Part shown: piece after piece, positions 15,825-23,009 of the stretch
Layout: each line of letters begins with the position of its first letter
How positions within the stretch are numbered: the stretch's first letter is position 1
Virus record (IMG/VR): IMGVR_UViG_3300032212_000086
Coordinates: 1-36,228 of that record
Origin: a virus
Lineage: Duplodnaviria; Caudoviricetes
Length of the DNA: 36,228 nt
Direction: 5' to 3' (one strand)
The notes under the pieces: model-generated
What the model was told of the DNA's origin: nothing
The model's input: only the letters and a program-made list of their open reading frames with translations
Database searches by the model: none
Made by a program: the position numbers and the translations under genes

Positions 15825-16180
15825 CTGATCCCGAACCAAAGTTTCGACCTTGGTTCGTGCAGGAAGATGTCTTTTACAATGACGACAAAAACCACGCTTT
15901 CCTTTACCGTATATCTTCACAACCCCCAAACGATAACCAAACCCACAAACAAGTCATTCCAAAGCGATATAGTAATTTTACAGGGCTTCATAAGGAGTCC
16001 TGGGTTGTTTGTGATGAGGCTTTTCTTTTGGAGTACGATATAAGGCAAAGCTTCGTGCATTTCGGACATGTTACTGTCCCTATTTATAATGCTGTCGTTG
16101 GTCGTATAGAAAGCTGCAAGCCAGTTTCACAAAAATTCTTGGAATTGTCGGGTGTCGAATTTGAATATTCCGTCGATTGA
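15764..16180 (+). CDS. PemK/MazF-family endoribonuclease toxin
   Basis: G.II.F...K.RP..V....FYN...ISS...GL.K.S.V.CD...FG.V follows the PemK/MazF motif order; GTG start with RBS AAGGGAG. Confidence 0.7.
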   Translation: MSTEERPSIIEGGIIGFRLLTDPEPKFRPWFVQEDVFYNDDKNHAFLYRISSQPPNDNQTHKQVIPKRYSNFTGLHKESWVVCDEAFLLEYDIRQSFVHFGHVTVPIYNAVVGRIESCKPVSQKFLELSGVEFEYSVD

Positions 16181-16495
16181 CTATTTCTTTTGTTCTGGTG
16201 TGTATTGTGAGAACATACGACTTTGCCATACTAGCTCGTCTGATTTTTCTTTAAAATGTGGGATAATTGCCCAAAAGCGACCTCCAGGAAGAGGTTTTAA
16301 ATTCTCATCCATTAAATAGCGATACTGCCATGTCTGTCCTGTTTTCTTGTTTAGGAGGTATGACTGTCCTTCTGATGTGATAATTGTGTATGCGCCGTCC
16401 TTGGATCCCGCCGCAACATCAGGCATATCACTTTTAAAGCCAAAATAAGCCACAAGGCAGACAAATAAGATTGCTGCGAATGCGAAATTCTTCAT
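16181..16495 (-). CDS. Membrane-anchored/exported protein downstream of cI (candidate superinfection exclusion)
   Basis: RBS AAGGAG, ATG 10 nt after the cI stop; N-terminal hydrophobic helix; YLLNKKTGQTW motif. Confidence 0.65.
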   Translation of the reverse strand: MKNFAFAAILFVCLVAYFGFKSDMPDVAAGSKDGAYTIITSEGQSYLLNKKTGQTWQYRYLMDENLKPLPGGRFWAIIPHFKEKSDELVWQSRMFSQYTPEQKK

Positions 16496-16505
16496 AGTTC
16501 TCTCC

Positions 16506-17339
16506 TTATATAAGCATCATTGCTTGGTGTAGGTATGTGACAACCTTGCCAATTATTTCAACCCGTTCGATTTCTTGGCCTGACACTGGAAGGCTTCCCC
16601 CCATATAAGGCCAAGGCATTTGGATTGGTTTCCATTTTGGGTTACTTGATTTTGGTACAAGGTAGGCAACACCAGAGTTTTTATCTATCTGGATTTGCTT
16701 AACGGTTGCCTCATACTCGCCGCCGCGTATGCGCTGAACGACTACGTAGTCCTCATCCTCGATGGTAATATCGTATGGTGACATAAAGCACACACACCCG
16801 CCCTCGGGAAATACGAGATCCATGCTGTCGCCAACAACACGGAGTGCAGATACATCACGGTCGCCCCACCGCTCAGTGATGTGCTGTTCTAAAGCCATAT
16901 ATTCTAAATCATCTCCTTCGAATTGGTTTGCCTCAGACCATTCACCGGCCTGAACTTCCCCTATCACGGGGATTCGGGATAATGGGACAAAAGGGCTACC
17001 TCCGTCAACTACCTGTTCTGGTAGTTGTGTTACGTTGCCGTTTGCTATATGTTCTTGCCCCCGTTTTTCGAAGTCGATTCTATATTCTGCAAAACTTATG
17101 TCTTCGTCACTGTTTATGTAGCCCATCAGTGCGGATTGTGTGACATCTATTCCCACGGCAAGTTTGCCTAATGTTCTATCTGTAAGGGTACGCTCGTCAC
17201 CCACAGCATTCATAAATTTCTTTAAGGTATTAGCACTTAGGCCAGATTGAGAACTCCACCTGCTTGCGCTGAGGCTTAGTTCATCCATTACACGCTCTAG
17301 TCGTGTGCGAATTTTGTCTTCTCTAGTTTGTATCATCAT
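16506..17339 (-). CDS. cI: CI-like repressor (HTH plus S24 peptidase)
   Basis: N-terminal HTH; VQAG cleavage site; LRVVGDSM (Ser) and EATVK (Lys) catalytic dyad; divergent from cro. Start at 17339 inferred from a -10 TACTAT 6 nt upstream. Confidence 0.92.
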   Translation of the reverse strand: MMIQTREDKIRTRLERVMDELSLSASRWSSQSGLSANTLKKFMNAVGDERTLTDRTLGKLAVGIDVTQSALMGYINSDEDISFAEYRIDFEKRGQEHIANGNVTQLPEQVVDGGSPFVPLSRIPVIGEVQAGEWSEANQFEGDDLEYMALEQHITERWGDRDVSALRVVGDSMDLVFPEGGCVCFMSPYDITIEDEDYVVVQRIRGGEYEATVKQIQIDKNSGVAYLVPKSSNPKWKPIQMPWPYMGGSLPVSGQEIERVEIIGKVVTYLHQAMMLI

Positions 17340-17345
17340 GACTCG

Positions 17346-17427
17346 ATAGTAACCTTTCATGACAAGGAAAAACATAGCACTATAGTATGATTATTTCCTT
17401 GCAAATCATATTTCAGTATGATATTCT
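17346..17427. promoter_or_regulatory. OR region: pRM (minus) and pR (plus) with operators
   Basis: pR TTGCAA-N17-TATTCT (17399-17427); operator ATCATA-TTTCAG-TATGAT (17405-17422) matches the OL site at 17/18 in inverted orientation; degenerate site 17374-17391; pRM -10 TACTAT at 17346-17351. Confidence 0.8.
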
Positions 17428-17433
17428 CATTTC

Positions 17434-17646
17434 ATGAGTAAGATTATAGAAATCATTAACGACGCAAAAGAATTGATCGCTTTGAAAGGTTGGTCAAAGA
17501 AGCGTTTGGCAAAAGAAGCCGGACTACATGAAAACACGCTTCGATATTTAGGTGATAGTGATTTCAATCCTCGTTTTGACACCCTGCAAGGTATCGAGAC
17601 AGTTATTCAAAAACACAAACACACGTCAGAGAAGGCTGCAACCTGA
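17434..17646 (+). CDS. cro: Cro-like HTH protein
   Basis: WSKKRLAKEAGLHENTLRYL...FNPRFDTL; 70 aa; divergent from cI. Confidence 0.85.
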   Translation: MSKIIEIINDAKELIALKGWSKKRLAKEAGLHENTLRYLGDSDFNPRFDTLQGIETVIQKHKHTSEKAAT

Positions 17647-17722
17647 TCTGACATCAAGACTTCTACCATAAAAAAAACTCTACGTCAAATTACGTTAAAT
17701 ATTTATAACAAGAGTGGTTTTT

Positions 17723-18169
17723 ATGACCGACAAACAAAATTCAAAAAAAGACCCCCATGCATTCCGTTCTGGCAGTGAGCAAGAAGACATTGCTTGGCTC
17801 AGACGTATTCGAAAGCAAGAAAAGATAGACAGAGAGAATGGAACACTTGTCGATGACAAGGGCATCCGTAACTTATGGGCAGCTGTATTCGAGCAGGCTG
17901 TCAATGACGCAACATTAGGATTTTACAAGCGCACTGTGGAGATTGAGGGCAATCCAGCCAAGTTCAAACGCACCACATTAAAACGCGTCAATCTCACAGA
18001 ATTAGAGTTCAAACAAGCACGGGACTTTGTGGCAGGCAAGACTGAAATCTCCAAGTATATCCACGGCATTCTAGGCATCGAGCCGGCAGACACAGAGGCG
18101 TACATGAAACGCGCCAACAAATTTTTACCAGAGCAATATCAGTACGGGGAGCAAGAACATGGTGAATAA
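17723..18169 (+). CDS. Hypothetical protein in the cII position
   Basis: LWAAVFEQAVNDA motif; start at ATG 17723 inferred. Confidence 0.6.
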   Translation: MTDKQNSKKDPHAFRSGSEQEDIAWLRRIRKQEKIDRENGTLVDDKGIRNLWAAVFEQAVNDATLGFYKRTVEIEGNPAKFKRTTLKRVNLTELEFKQARDFVAGKTEISKYIHGILGIEPADTEAYMKRANKFLPEQYQYGEQEHGE

Positions 18170-18485
18170 AGCGAAGCAAAAAGGAGACCGTGAGGAACGG
18201 CGTATTGTAAACCTCATCAAAGAATGGGGATTCAATGCCGTTCGCTCACCACTATCAGGAGCCGTCCAGTTCCGAGGGCAGACAGATGACATCGACGCGT
18301 ACTTCAATGGGGTAGAGAAAGCCCCGTTCTTAATTGAATGCAAAATGCGTAAGGACAATTCAGGCTTCAAGTGCATCGACGAATGGATGGGCAATGCAGA
18401 CATCTTATCTATCCGCACGAATGGCAACAAAGCGAAATATGTACTGACTGAGGAAGCGTTAAAACGGTTGGTGTTGGGGGTGTGA
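18159..18485 (+). CDS. Hjc-like Holliday junction resolvase (PD-(D/E)xK)
   Basis: KQKGDREERRIV...GF.A.R.PLSGA...DI...LIECK. Confidence 0.8.
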   Translation: MVNKAKQKGDREERRIVNLIKEWGFNAVRSPLSGAVQFRGQTDDIDAYFNGVEKAPFLIECKMRKDNSGFKCIDEWMGNADILSIRTNGNKAKYVLTEEALKRLVLGV

Positions 18486-18486
18486 G

Positions 18487-19005
18487 ATGAGTGTGATTAT
18501 TCAAGCGGAAGAGAGAGATATTGAAGATTTTCTATGTGAGGACTTGGGTGGGTATTTGGATTTGCACCTGATTGACAGACAAGTGAATACTCCTGCCGGC
18601 ATTATCGATATTTTAGCGAAAAGTGAAAAGTTTTATTACGTGATTGAACTAAAGAAGGGTGTGATTGACGCACATGCTTTGGCTCAAGTTCTCAGATATA
18701 CAAATTATCTAAATGATAATAAAAGCAAAAATGGGAAGAGGTTCTTTGTACCGGTGCTTATAGGGAGCCACCTAGCGGATGGCTTGCAAAGGTCTGTGTA
18801 TTACCTAGAAACAGACAATGAAAGTGAGGCTTTTATATCGCGAGTTTTCTATCGTTGTTTTGATTTCTCACCCAAGGAAGGGATTAGATTTAACTTTTTT
18901 GATGTAACGCAGCAGGCATATGAAGAGGCTCACTTAAATATAAATTTTCACTATGCAGACACGCTTGAGGACAAGCATATGCAGAAAGGTGTGGTGTTGA
19001 AGTGA
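18487..19005 (+). CDS. NucS/EndoMS C-terminal-like PD-(D/E)xK nuclease
   Basis: ERDIEDFL...RQVNTPAGIIDILA...VIELKKG...ALAQVLRY. Confidence 0.75.
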   Translation: MSVIIQAEERDIEDFLCEDLGGYLDLHLIDRQVNTPAGIIDILAKSEKFYYVIELKKGVIDAHALAQVLRYTNYLNDNKSKNGKRFFVPVLIGSHLADGLQRSVYYLETDNESEAFISRVFYRCFDFSPKEGIRFNFFDVTQQAYEEAHLNINFHYADTLEDKHMQKGVVLK

Positions 19006-19997
19006 AAGTTTGGTCTTGGAGAGATTATATACGTCAAGGTGACCTACAAAGCACGACAAAACTCGTGTTGTTGAACCTATCTTTGTACATGAATGAAATG
19101 GGAGATGGATGCTTTCCGTCCACGGAACAACAGGCAATTGATACAGGCTTATCAGAGAGGTCTGTTTGTACTCATTTGCAGAAAGCTGTTGATGCCGGAT
19201 TTCTGTCAAAAAAGGTGGTCGGTTTTTCAGGTCAGGGTTGGGCGAGAAATGGGTATACAGCCAGTATTCCGGAAAACAACGCACTGAAAGAGGTTCAGCA
19301 CGTTAACGAAAAGGCACTGAACCTCCTTCCTAAAGGCACTGAACCTAACGACATAAAGGCACTGAACGAGGTTCAGTCTAACACTCCAGTTAACACTCCA
19401 ATTAACTCTCCATCTTCTTATGGTTCAGAGTTTACAGAATATTTTTTAGTGTTTTGGGAAAAGTTTCCACGACAGCGAAGAGGAAATAAAAACGGCGCGT
19501 GGAAAGCATGGAAAAAAGCGTTGAGGGAAAACAGAGCAACCGAGGAGGAAATCATCAATGGAGTTTCAAGATATGCAGACAGTGACGAAGTCGCTCGTGG
19601 ATACGCAAAAGGGGCGGCAGCTTGGCTTAACGACGACAGGTGGGGAAATAGCTACGACAAACCCCGCCAGCACACCACTCACGAAAAACCAAGCTACGGA
19701 AGTTCGGTCATTGCTGCGGCGATGCAAGCCGCGGAAGAGTGTGAGGTACGAGAACAGCAAGGAGATATGTCCCATCCACAACCGCCCACGTGGGAAGGTT
19801 CGCATCGAGGAGACGATAACGCCTCAGTTGACGGAGCAGGAGAAGCGTATGGCGCATTACCACAGCCAGCCAGCACATCCGCAGACAATTACGGCGTATC
19901 TGGCGCGTTTGGCTCTGGAGAAACGCCTTGTGGGGGATCCAGCTCACCAGAAGCACAAGTTCAAGGATTACGCCCAACGACTGAGCGGGAGGTCTGA
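19002..19997 (+). CDS. Replication initiator (lambda O-like, N-terminal wHTH)
   Basis: TKLVLLNL...CFPSTEQQAIDTGLSERSV..HL..AV..GFL; FWEKFPR...AWKAW...WLNDDRW; internal iterons. Confidence 0.85.
   Translation: MKVWSWRDYIRQGDLQSTTKLVLLNLSLYMNEMGDGCFPSTEQQAIDTGLSERSVCTHLQKAVDAGFLSKKVVGFSGQGWARNGYTASIPENNALKEVQHVNEKALNLLPKGTEPNDIKALNEVQSNTPVNTPINSPSSYGSEFTEYFLVFWEKFPRQRRGNKNGAWKAWKKALRENRATEEEIINGVSRYADSDEVARGYAKGAAAWLNDDRWGNSYDKPRQHTTHEKPSYGSSVIAAAMQAAEECEVREQQGDMSHPQPPTWEGSHRGDDNASVDGAGEAYGALPQPASTSADNYGVSGAFGSGETPCGGSSSPEAQVQGLRPTTEREV
19278..19412. repeat. Replication origin iterons within the initiator gene
   Basis: GCACTGAA at 19281, 19314, 19336 and 19359 (spacing 33/22/23); two carry an inverted TTCAG; then AAC(A/T)CTCCA three times with a 12-nt period (19380, 19392, 19404). 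Confidence 0.8.
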
Positions 19998-20100
19998 GCT
20001 TGAACTGTACGAGATGACGGAATGGTTCATCGAAAACGACGAAAGTGATTTCTTTCCAACGTGGAACAAGATTAAACGATATTTCAAGGAACAAACATGA
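19741..20100 (+). CDS. Putative helicase loader/P-position protein overlapping the initiator C-terminus
   Basis: Ends SDFFPTWNKI, a motif typical of genes following O; ATGA-coupled to the MTase; GTG 19741 start is inferred. Confidence 0.55.
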   Translation: MRYENSKEICPIHNRPRGKVRIEETITPQLTEQEKRMAHYHSQPAHPQTITAYLARLALEKRLVGDPAHQKHKFKDYAQRLSGRSELELYEMTEWFIENDESDFFPTWNKIKRYFKEQT

Positions 20101-20750
20101 CTTTTAAGCGAAAAGAACAGATTGGAGAATGCACGCTGTACTTAGGAGACTGTATGGACGTTATGCCGACACTTGGGAGAGTGGATGCGGTTGTAACGGA
20201 TCCGCCCTATGGGATAGGAGAGGCTGCAGGTAAGAACAAATCCAGAGGTAAGTTGGCAAAGGCGACTGATTATGGTGATAAGTCGTGGGATGATAAGCCG
20301 CCCCCAAAGGAGGCATTCAAGACTGTTCAGGATATATCAACATCTCAGATTATTTTTGGTGGTAATTATTACCCGCTGCCTCCGACAGACTGTTGGCTTG
20401 TTTGGGACAAGGTCAATGGAAAGAACGACTTCGCAGATTGTGAGTTGGCGTGGACGAACCTAAAAAAGGCAGTTCGGAAGATCGAGTGGATGTGGAATGG
20501 GATGTTGAGAAGGGGTGACGATGTGCGGAAGCATCCAACGCAGAAACCAGTGGGGGTGATGAAATGGTGTCTTGAGCAATTACCAGAAAAAGCAGAGACG
20601 GTACTTGATCCTTTCATGGGATCAGGCACGACAGGTGTTGCTTGCGCGGAAATGGATAAGCAGTTCATCGGTATCGAGCTGGATGAAGAATATTTCGACA
20701 TCGCATGCAAGCGCATAGACGACGCATACAAACAAGGGAGACTTTTCTAA
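20097..20750 (+). CDS. Orphan N6-adenine/N4-cytosine DNA methyltransferase (beta class)
   Basis: VTDPPYG precedes HPTQKP and VLDPFMGSGTTG...IGIE. Confidence 0.93.
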   Translation: MTFKRKEQIGECTLYLGDCMDVMPTLGRVDAVVTDPPYGIGEAAGKNKSRGKLAKATDYGDKSWDDKPPPKEAFKTVQDISTSQIIFGGNYYPLPPTDCWLVWDKVNGKNDFADCELAWTNLKKAVRKIEWMWNGMLRRGDDVRKHPTQKPVGVMKWCLEQLPEKAETVLDPFMGSGTTGVACAEMDKQFIGIELDEEYFDIACKRIDDAYKQGRLF

Positions 20751-21299
20751 ATGCTAGCAAAACAGGGAGACAACATCGTGGATTTTCCAATAAAACCGCC
20801 AAAAGAAAGCGAATACATCGAAGTAAAAGTTCGCTCGGGCAGTAAGAACAAAACAATTACACGAGTACAGAACAAGCATGATTACAGATTAATCCAATCT
20901 CTAGGGGGTGAGGGGTCTTGGTTGATGCAAGCCATGCAGAACATCGCCGACGGTTACATGCTCCTCGTGGAGAACAACGTCAAGACATCCAACCTGAATG
21001 CGGGTGTCCTCAGTATCGGTCACGAGAACGCGTCAAAACGGGAAGAGATGCTATTGGCGAATTACAGCAAGTGGTGGAAGGCGGTCGATAAGAGGAAGTA
21101 CCGTGAAACATCACAAGGTAAGTTCCGCCGGACAGAGCGAGAGGTCGCAATGTGGGTTATCGCAGCTGGAATGTCCATTCGTGAGTGTGATGCATTGCTG
21201 AAGCACCGAGGGGAGCCTGGTTACACACGCGAAATCCTGACAAGTAACTTGAAAGAGTGCCTGCGTGTTTACTGTGACGTAGTGGGGTGGCCTCGATGA
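20751..21299 (+). CDS. Putative late-gene regulator (Q-position, C-terminal HTH)
   Basis: VAMWVIAAGMSIRECD...LKECLRVY HTH-like C-terminus; upstream of a pR'/tR'-like unit. Confidence 0.5.
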   Translation: MLAKQGDNIVDFPIKPPKESEYIEVKVRSGSKNKTITRVQNKHDYRLIQSLGGEGSWLMQAMQNIADGYMLLVENNVKTSNLNAGVLSIGHENASKREEMLLANYSKWWKAVDKRKYRETSQGKFRRTEREVAMWVIAAGMSIRECDALLKHRGEPGYTREILTSNLKECLRVYCDVVGWPR

Positions 21300-21394
21300 A
21301 AGAAGAGAACGTAAGGCACATCATGCTCGGACTTTGTTGGGTAGCATTCTGGATCATGCTTGGGTCACCGTATGTCCATGGTGGCTGTCAATGA
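21296..21394 (+). CDS. Small TM peptide (32 aa; not in ORF track)
   Basis: MKEENVRHIMLGLCWVAFWIMLGSPYVHGGCQ; ATGA overlaps at both ends. Confidence 0.55.
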   Translation: MKEENVRHIMLGLCWVAFWIMLGSPYVHGGCQ

Positions 21395-21618
21395 GTAAGG
21401 ATTATCGGATAACACCAGAGCAAGCACGCCGTGTCGCAATGATGGGGTTTGGTGTGGATATGGTCGACCGTGTAGGTCAGAAGCTGATGTCAAAGGAGTT
21501 CCCGCATGGTGTATGGAACATCCTGCAAGAGGAAACGCGACAGAAGTTTAGAAAACAGGCTGCGGACGCGATAGAGGAAACGATTTCAATTTTAACAGAG
21601 AAAGGAAAGATGAAATGA
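21391..21618 (+). CDS. Hypothetical protein
   Basis: ATGA-coupled start at 21391. Confidence 0.6.
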   Translation: MSKDYRITPEQARRVAMMGFGVDMVDRVGQKLMSKEFPHGVWNILQEETRQKFRKQAADAIEETISILTEKGKMK

Positions 21619-22031
21619 ATAATACACAATGTGAAAAACCAGAAAACATGACAGAAGAAGAAATTGCAATTTACAACGGAATTAACACTCTGGTGGAGGT
21701 TGCACACCGTAACAGCCGAATGGGTGGGTGGTATACGGATCCAGAAACGGGAGAGCCGATTGCTCGCAACGTGCCGGAAATGATATGCCTCATTCACAGT
21801 GAAGTGTCTGAGATGATGGAGGGGTATCGCAAGGATTTGCCCGATGACAAGTTGCCAGGCTTCCCGATGGAAAGTGTCGAGGGTGGGGATATTGCAATCC
21901 GTCTCGGAGATTACTGTGGATATCGTGAAATCAATCTTGGTGCTGTGATTGTTCAGAAAATGCGTTTCAATGCGGTGCGTGAAGACCACAAGCTGGAGAA
22001 CCGCAAAAAATCTGGCGGAAAGAAATTTTAG
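21615..22031 (+). CDS. MazG-like NTP pyrophosphohydrolase
   Basis: LIHSEVSEMMEGYRK...VEGGDIAIRLGD...KMRFN (ExxE...ExxD pattern). Confidence 0.8.
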   Translation: MNNTQCEKPENMTEEEIAIYNGINTLVEVAHRNSRMGGWYTDPETGEPIARNVPEMICLIHSEVSEMMEGYRKDLPDDKLPGFPMESVEGGDIAIRLGDYCGYREINLGAVIVQKMRFNAVREDHKLENRKKSGGKKF

Positions 22032-22044
22032 GAGGTGCTTGAGA

Positions 22045-22407
22045 ATGAGTGAATTAAAACTGGAAGTTGGGAGACAGTACAGAACCCGTGATGGGTGGCG
22101 GTGTGTTGTTGTGCTTAAGCGAGAGGATGGCTTTGACGTATGGCATGCTGGGGGCGAGAATGTCTGGTCACACTGGAGTAACGGTGAATTTGCTCAATCA
22201 GAGGGAGAAAGACATATGGTGGATTTCGACATCATCGAAGAATGGACAGAGCCACAAGTCTATGAAGCATCATTGGTTTTAGATACGGATGGAAATATTT
22301 ATGGATCTGAGTATCCAAGAAAAGAGCTAGAGGTTTTGCTAGCACATGAAATCCGCATCACCATCGACGGAGACAAAAAGACAATCGAATTTGTGGAGGG
22401 TGAGTGA
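22045..22407 (+). CDS. Hypothetical phage protein
   Basis: RBS AGGAGG; LEVGRQYRTRDG motif. Confidence 0.65.
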   Translation: MSELKLEVGRQYRTRDGWRCVVVLKREDGFDVWHAGGENVWSHWSNGEFAQSEGERHMVDFDIIEEWTEPQVYEASLVLDTDGNIYGSEYPRKELEVLLAHEIRITIDGDKKTIEFVEGE

Positions 22408-22592
22408 TGGGTGGAATATTTTATGGATTTGTTGCTGTTGTTCTCGTTGTGGTTACCTTTATGACGGCATCTTACCAACTGGCTATTGGCTTTCATCCAG
22501 TAGGGCTTGTGAAAATGCGCATTGAATGCGAAAAAGATTTACCAAGATCACAAAGATGCATCCCTGTGTATGTGGTTGAAGATAAATCTTGA
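22407..22592 (+). CDS. Small single-TM protein
   Basis: Hydrophobic N-terminus; CEKDLPRSQRC; coupled start. Confidence 0.6.
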   Translation: MGGIFYGFVAVVLVVVTFMTASYQLAIGFHPVGLVKMRIECEKDLPRSQRCIPVYVVEDKS

Positions 22593-22617
22593 CAAAACCC
22601 CGACCACATAGTAAGCT
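22589..22617 (+). promoter_or_regulatory. Late promoter (pR'-like)
   Basis: TTGACA-N17-TAAGCT, followed about 50 nt later by a terminator. Confidence 0.75.
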
Positions 22618-22666
22618 TTTTGTATAGGCTCCAGAACTGTATCTGGAATAAACCTAATCAGAATTT

Positions 22667-22699
22667 AAAGCCCCGTACTGTCCAGAGTGCGGGGTTTTT
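22667..22699 (+). terminator. tR'-like intrinsic terminator
   Basis: AAAGCCCCGTACT-GTCCAG-AGTGCGGGGTTTTT. Confidence 0.8.
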
Positions 22700-22765
22700 C
22701 TATTTCCAGTCCAGTCGCTGTCCATTCAACCCTGACGAGGGGGACATACTGGACTGGCGTGAGTT

Positions 22766-22862
22766 TGGACTGCGGCGTGGAAGGACACGCAATGAGCTGA
22801 TGTGGGGTATACTAGGAAATCCCCACCCATCCTAGTAGCAGGTATCAATCCCTGTCAGTCCA
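22766..22862 (+). ncRNA. tRNA-like element C with central pseudoknot
   Basis: TGGACTG/CAGTCCA closing stem; GCGTG GAAGGA CACGC arm; GTGGGG/CCCCAC interleaved with TACTAGGA/TCCTAGTA; GCAGG TATCAATC CCTGT arm. Confidence 0.65.
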
Positions 22863-22969
22863 TTTTGACATCCTTGTCCAACGATAGGGATGCTATCAAG
22901 GCTTTTATGTGTTGAGCCAGCATAGCAAATCAACCTTCTTTAATTCATTTTTGTTAATCCTACCTCCTT

Positions 22970-23009
22970 GAACGGGGCTGTCACCACTCTGACGGCCTCG
23001 TTCTTTTTT
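22970..23009 (+). terminator. Second intrinsic terminator before terS
   Basis: GAACGGGGCTGTCA-CCACTC-TGACGGCCTCGTTC (14 bp) plus TTTTTT. Confidence 0.8.

Noticed and set aside
19278-19412. CRISPR-like array
   Set aside because: Repeats are 8-14 bp with short spacing inside the initiator gene and there are no cas genes; they fit iterons.
22620-22835. 71-aa ORF in the late leader
   Set aside because: TTG start without RBS; it runs through a terminator and structured RNA, so the region is better explained as non-coding.
22865-22893. Additional promoter at TTGACA 22865
   Set aside because: No -10-like hexamer at 16-18 nt; the sequence is part of a hairpin.
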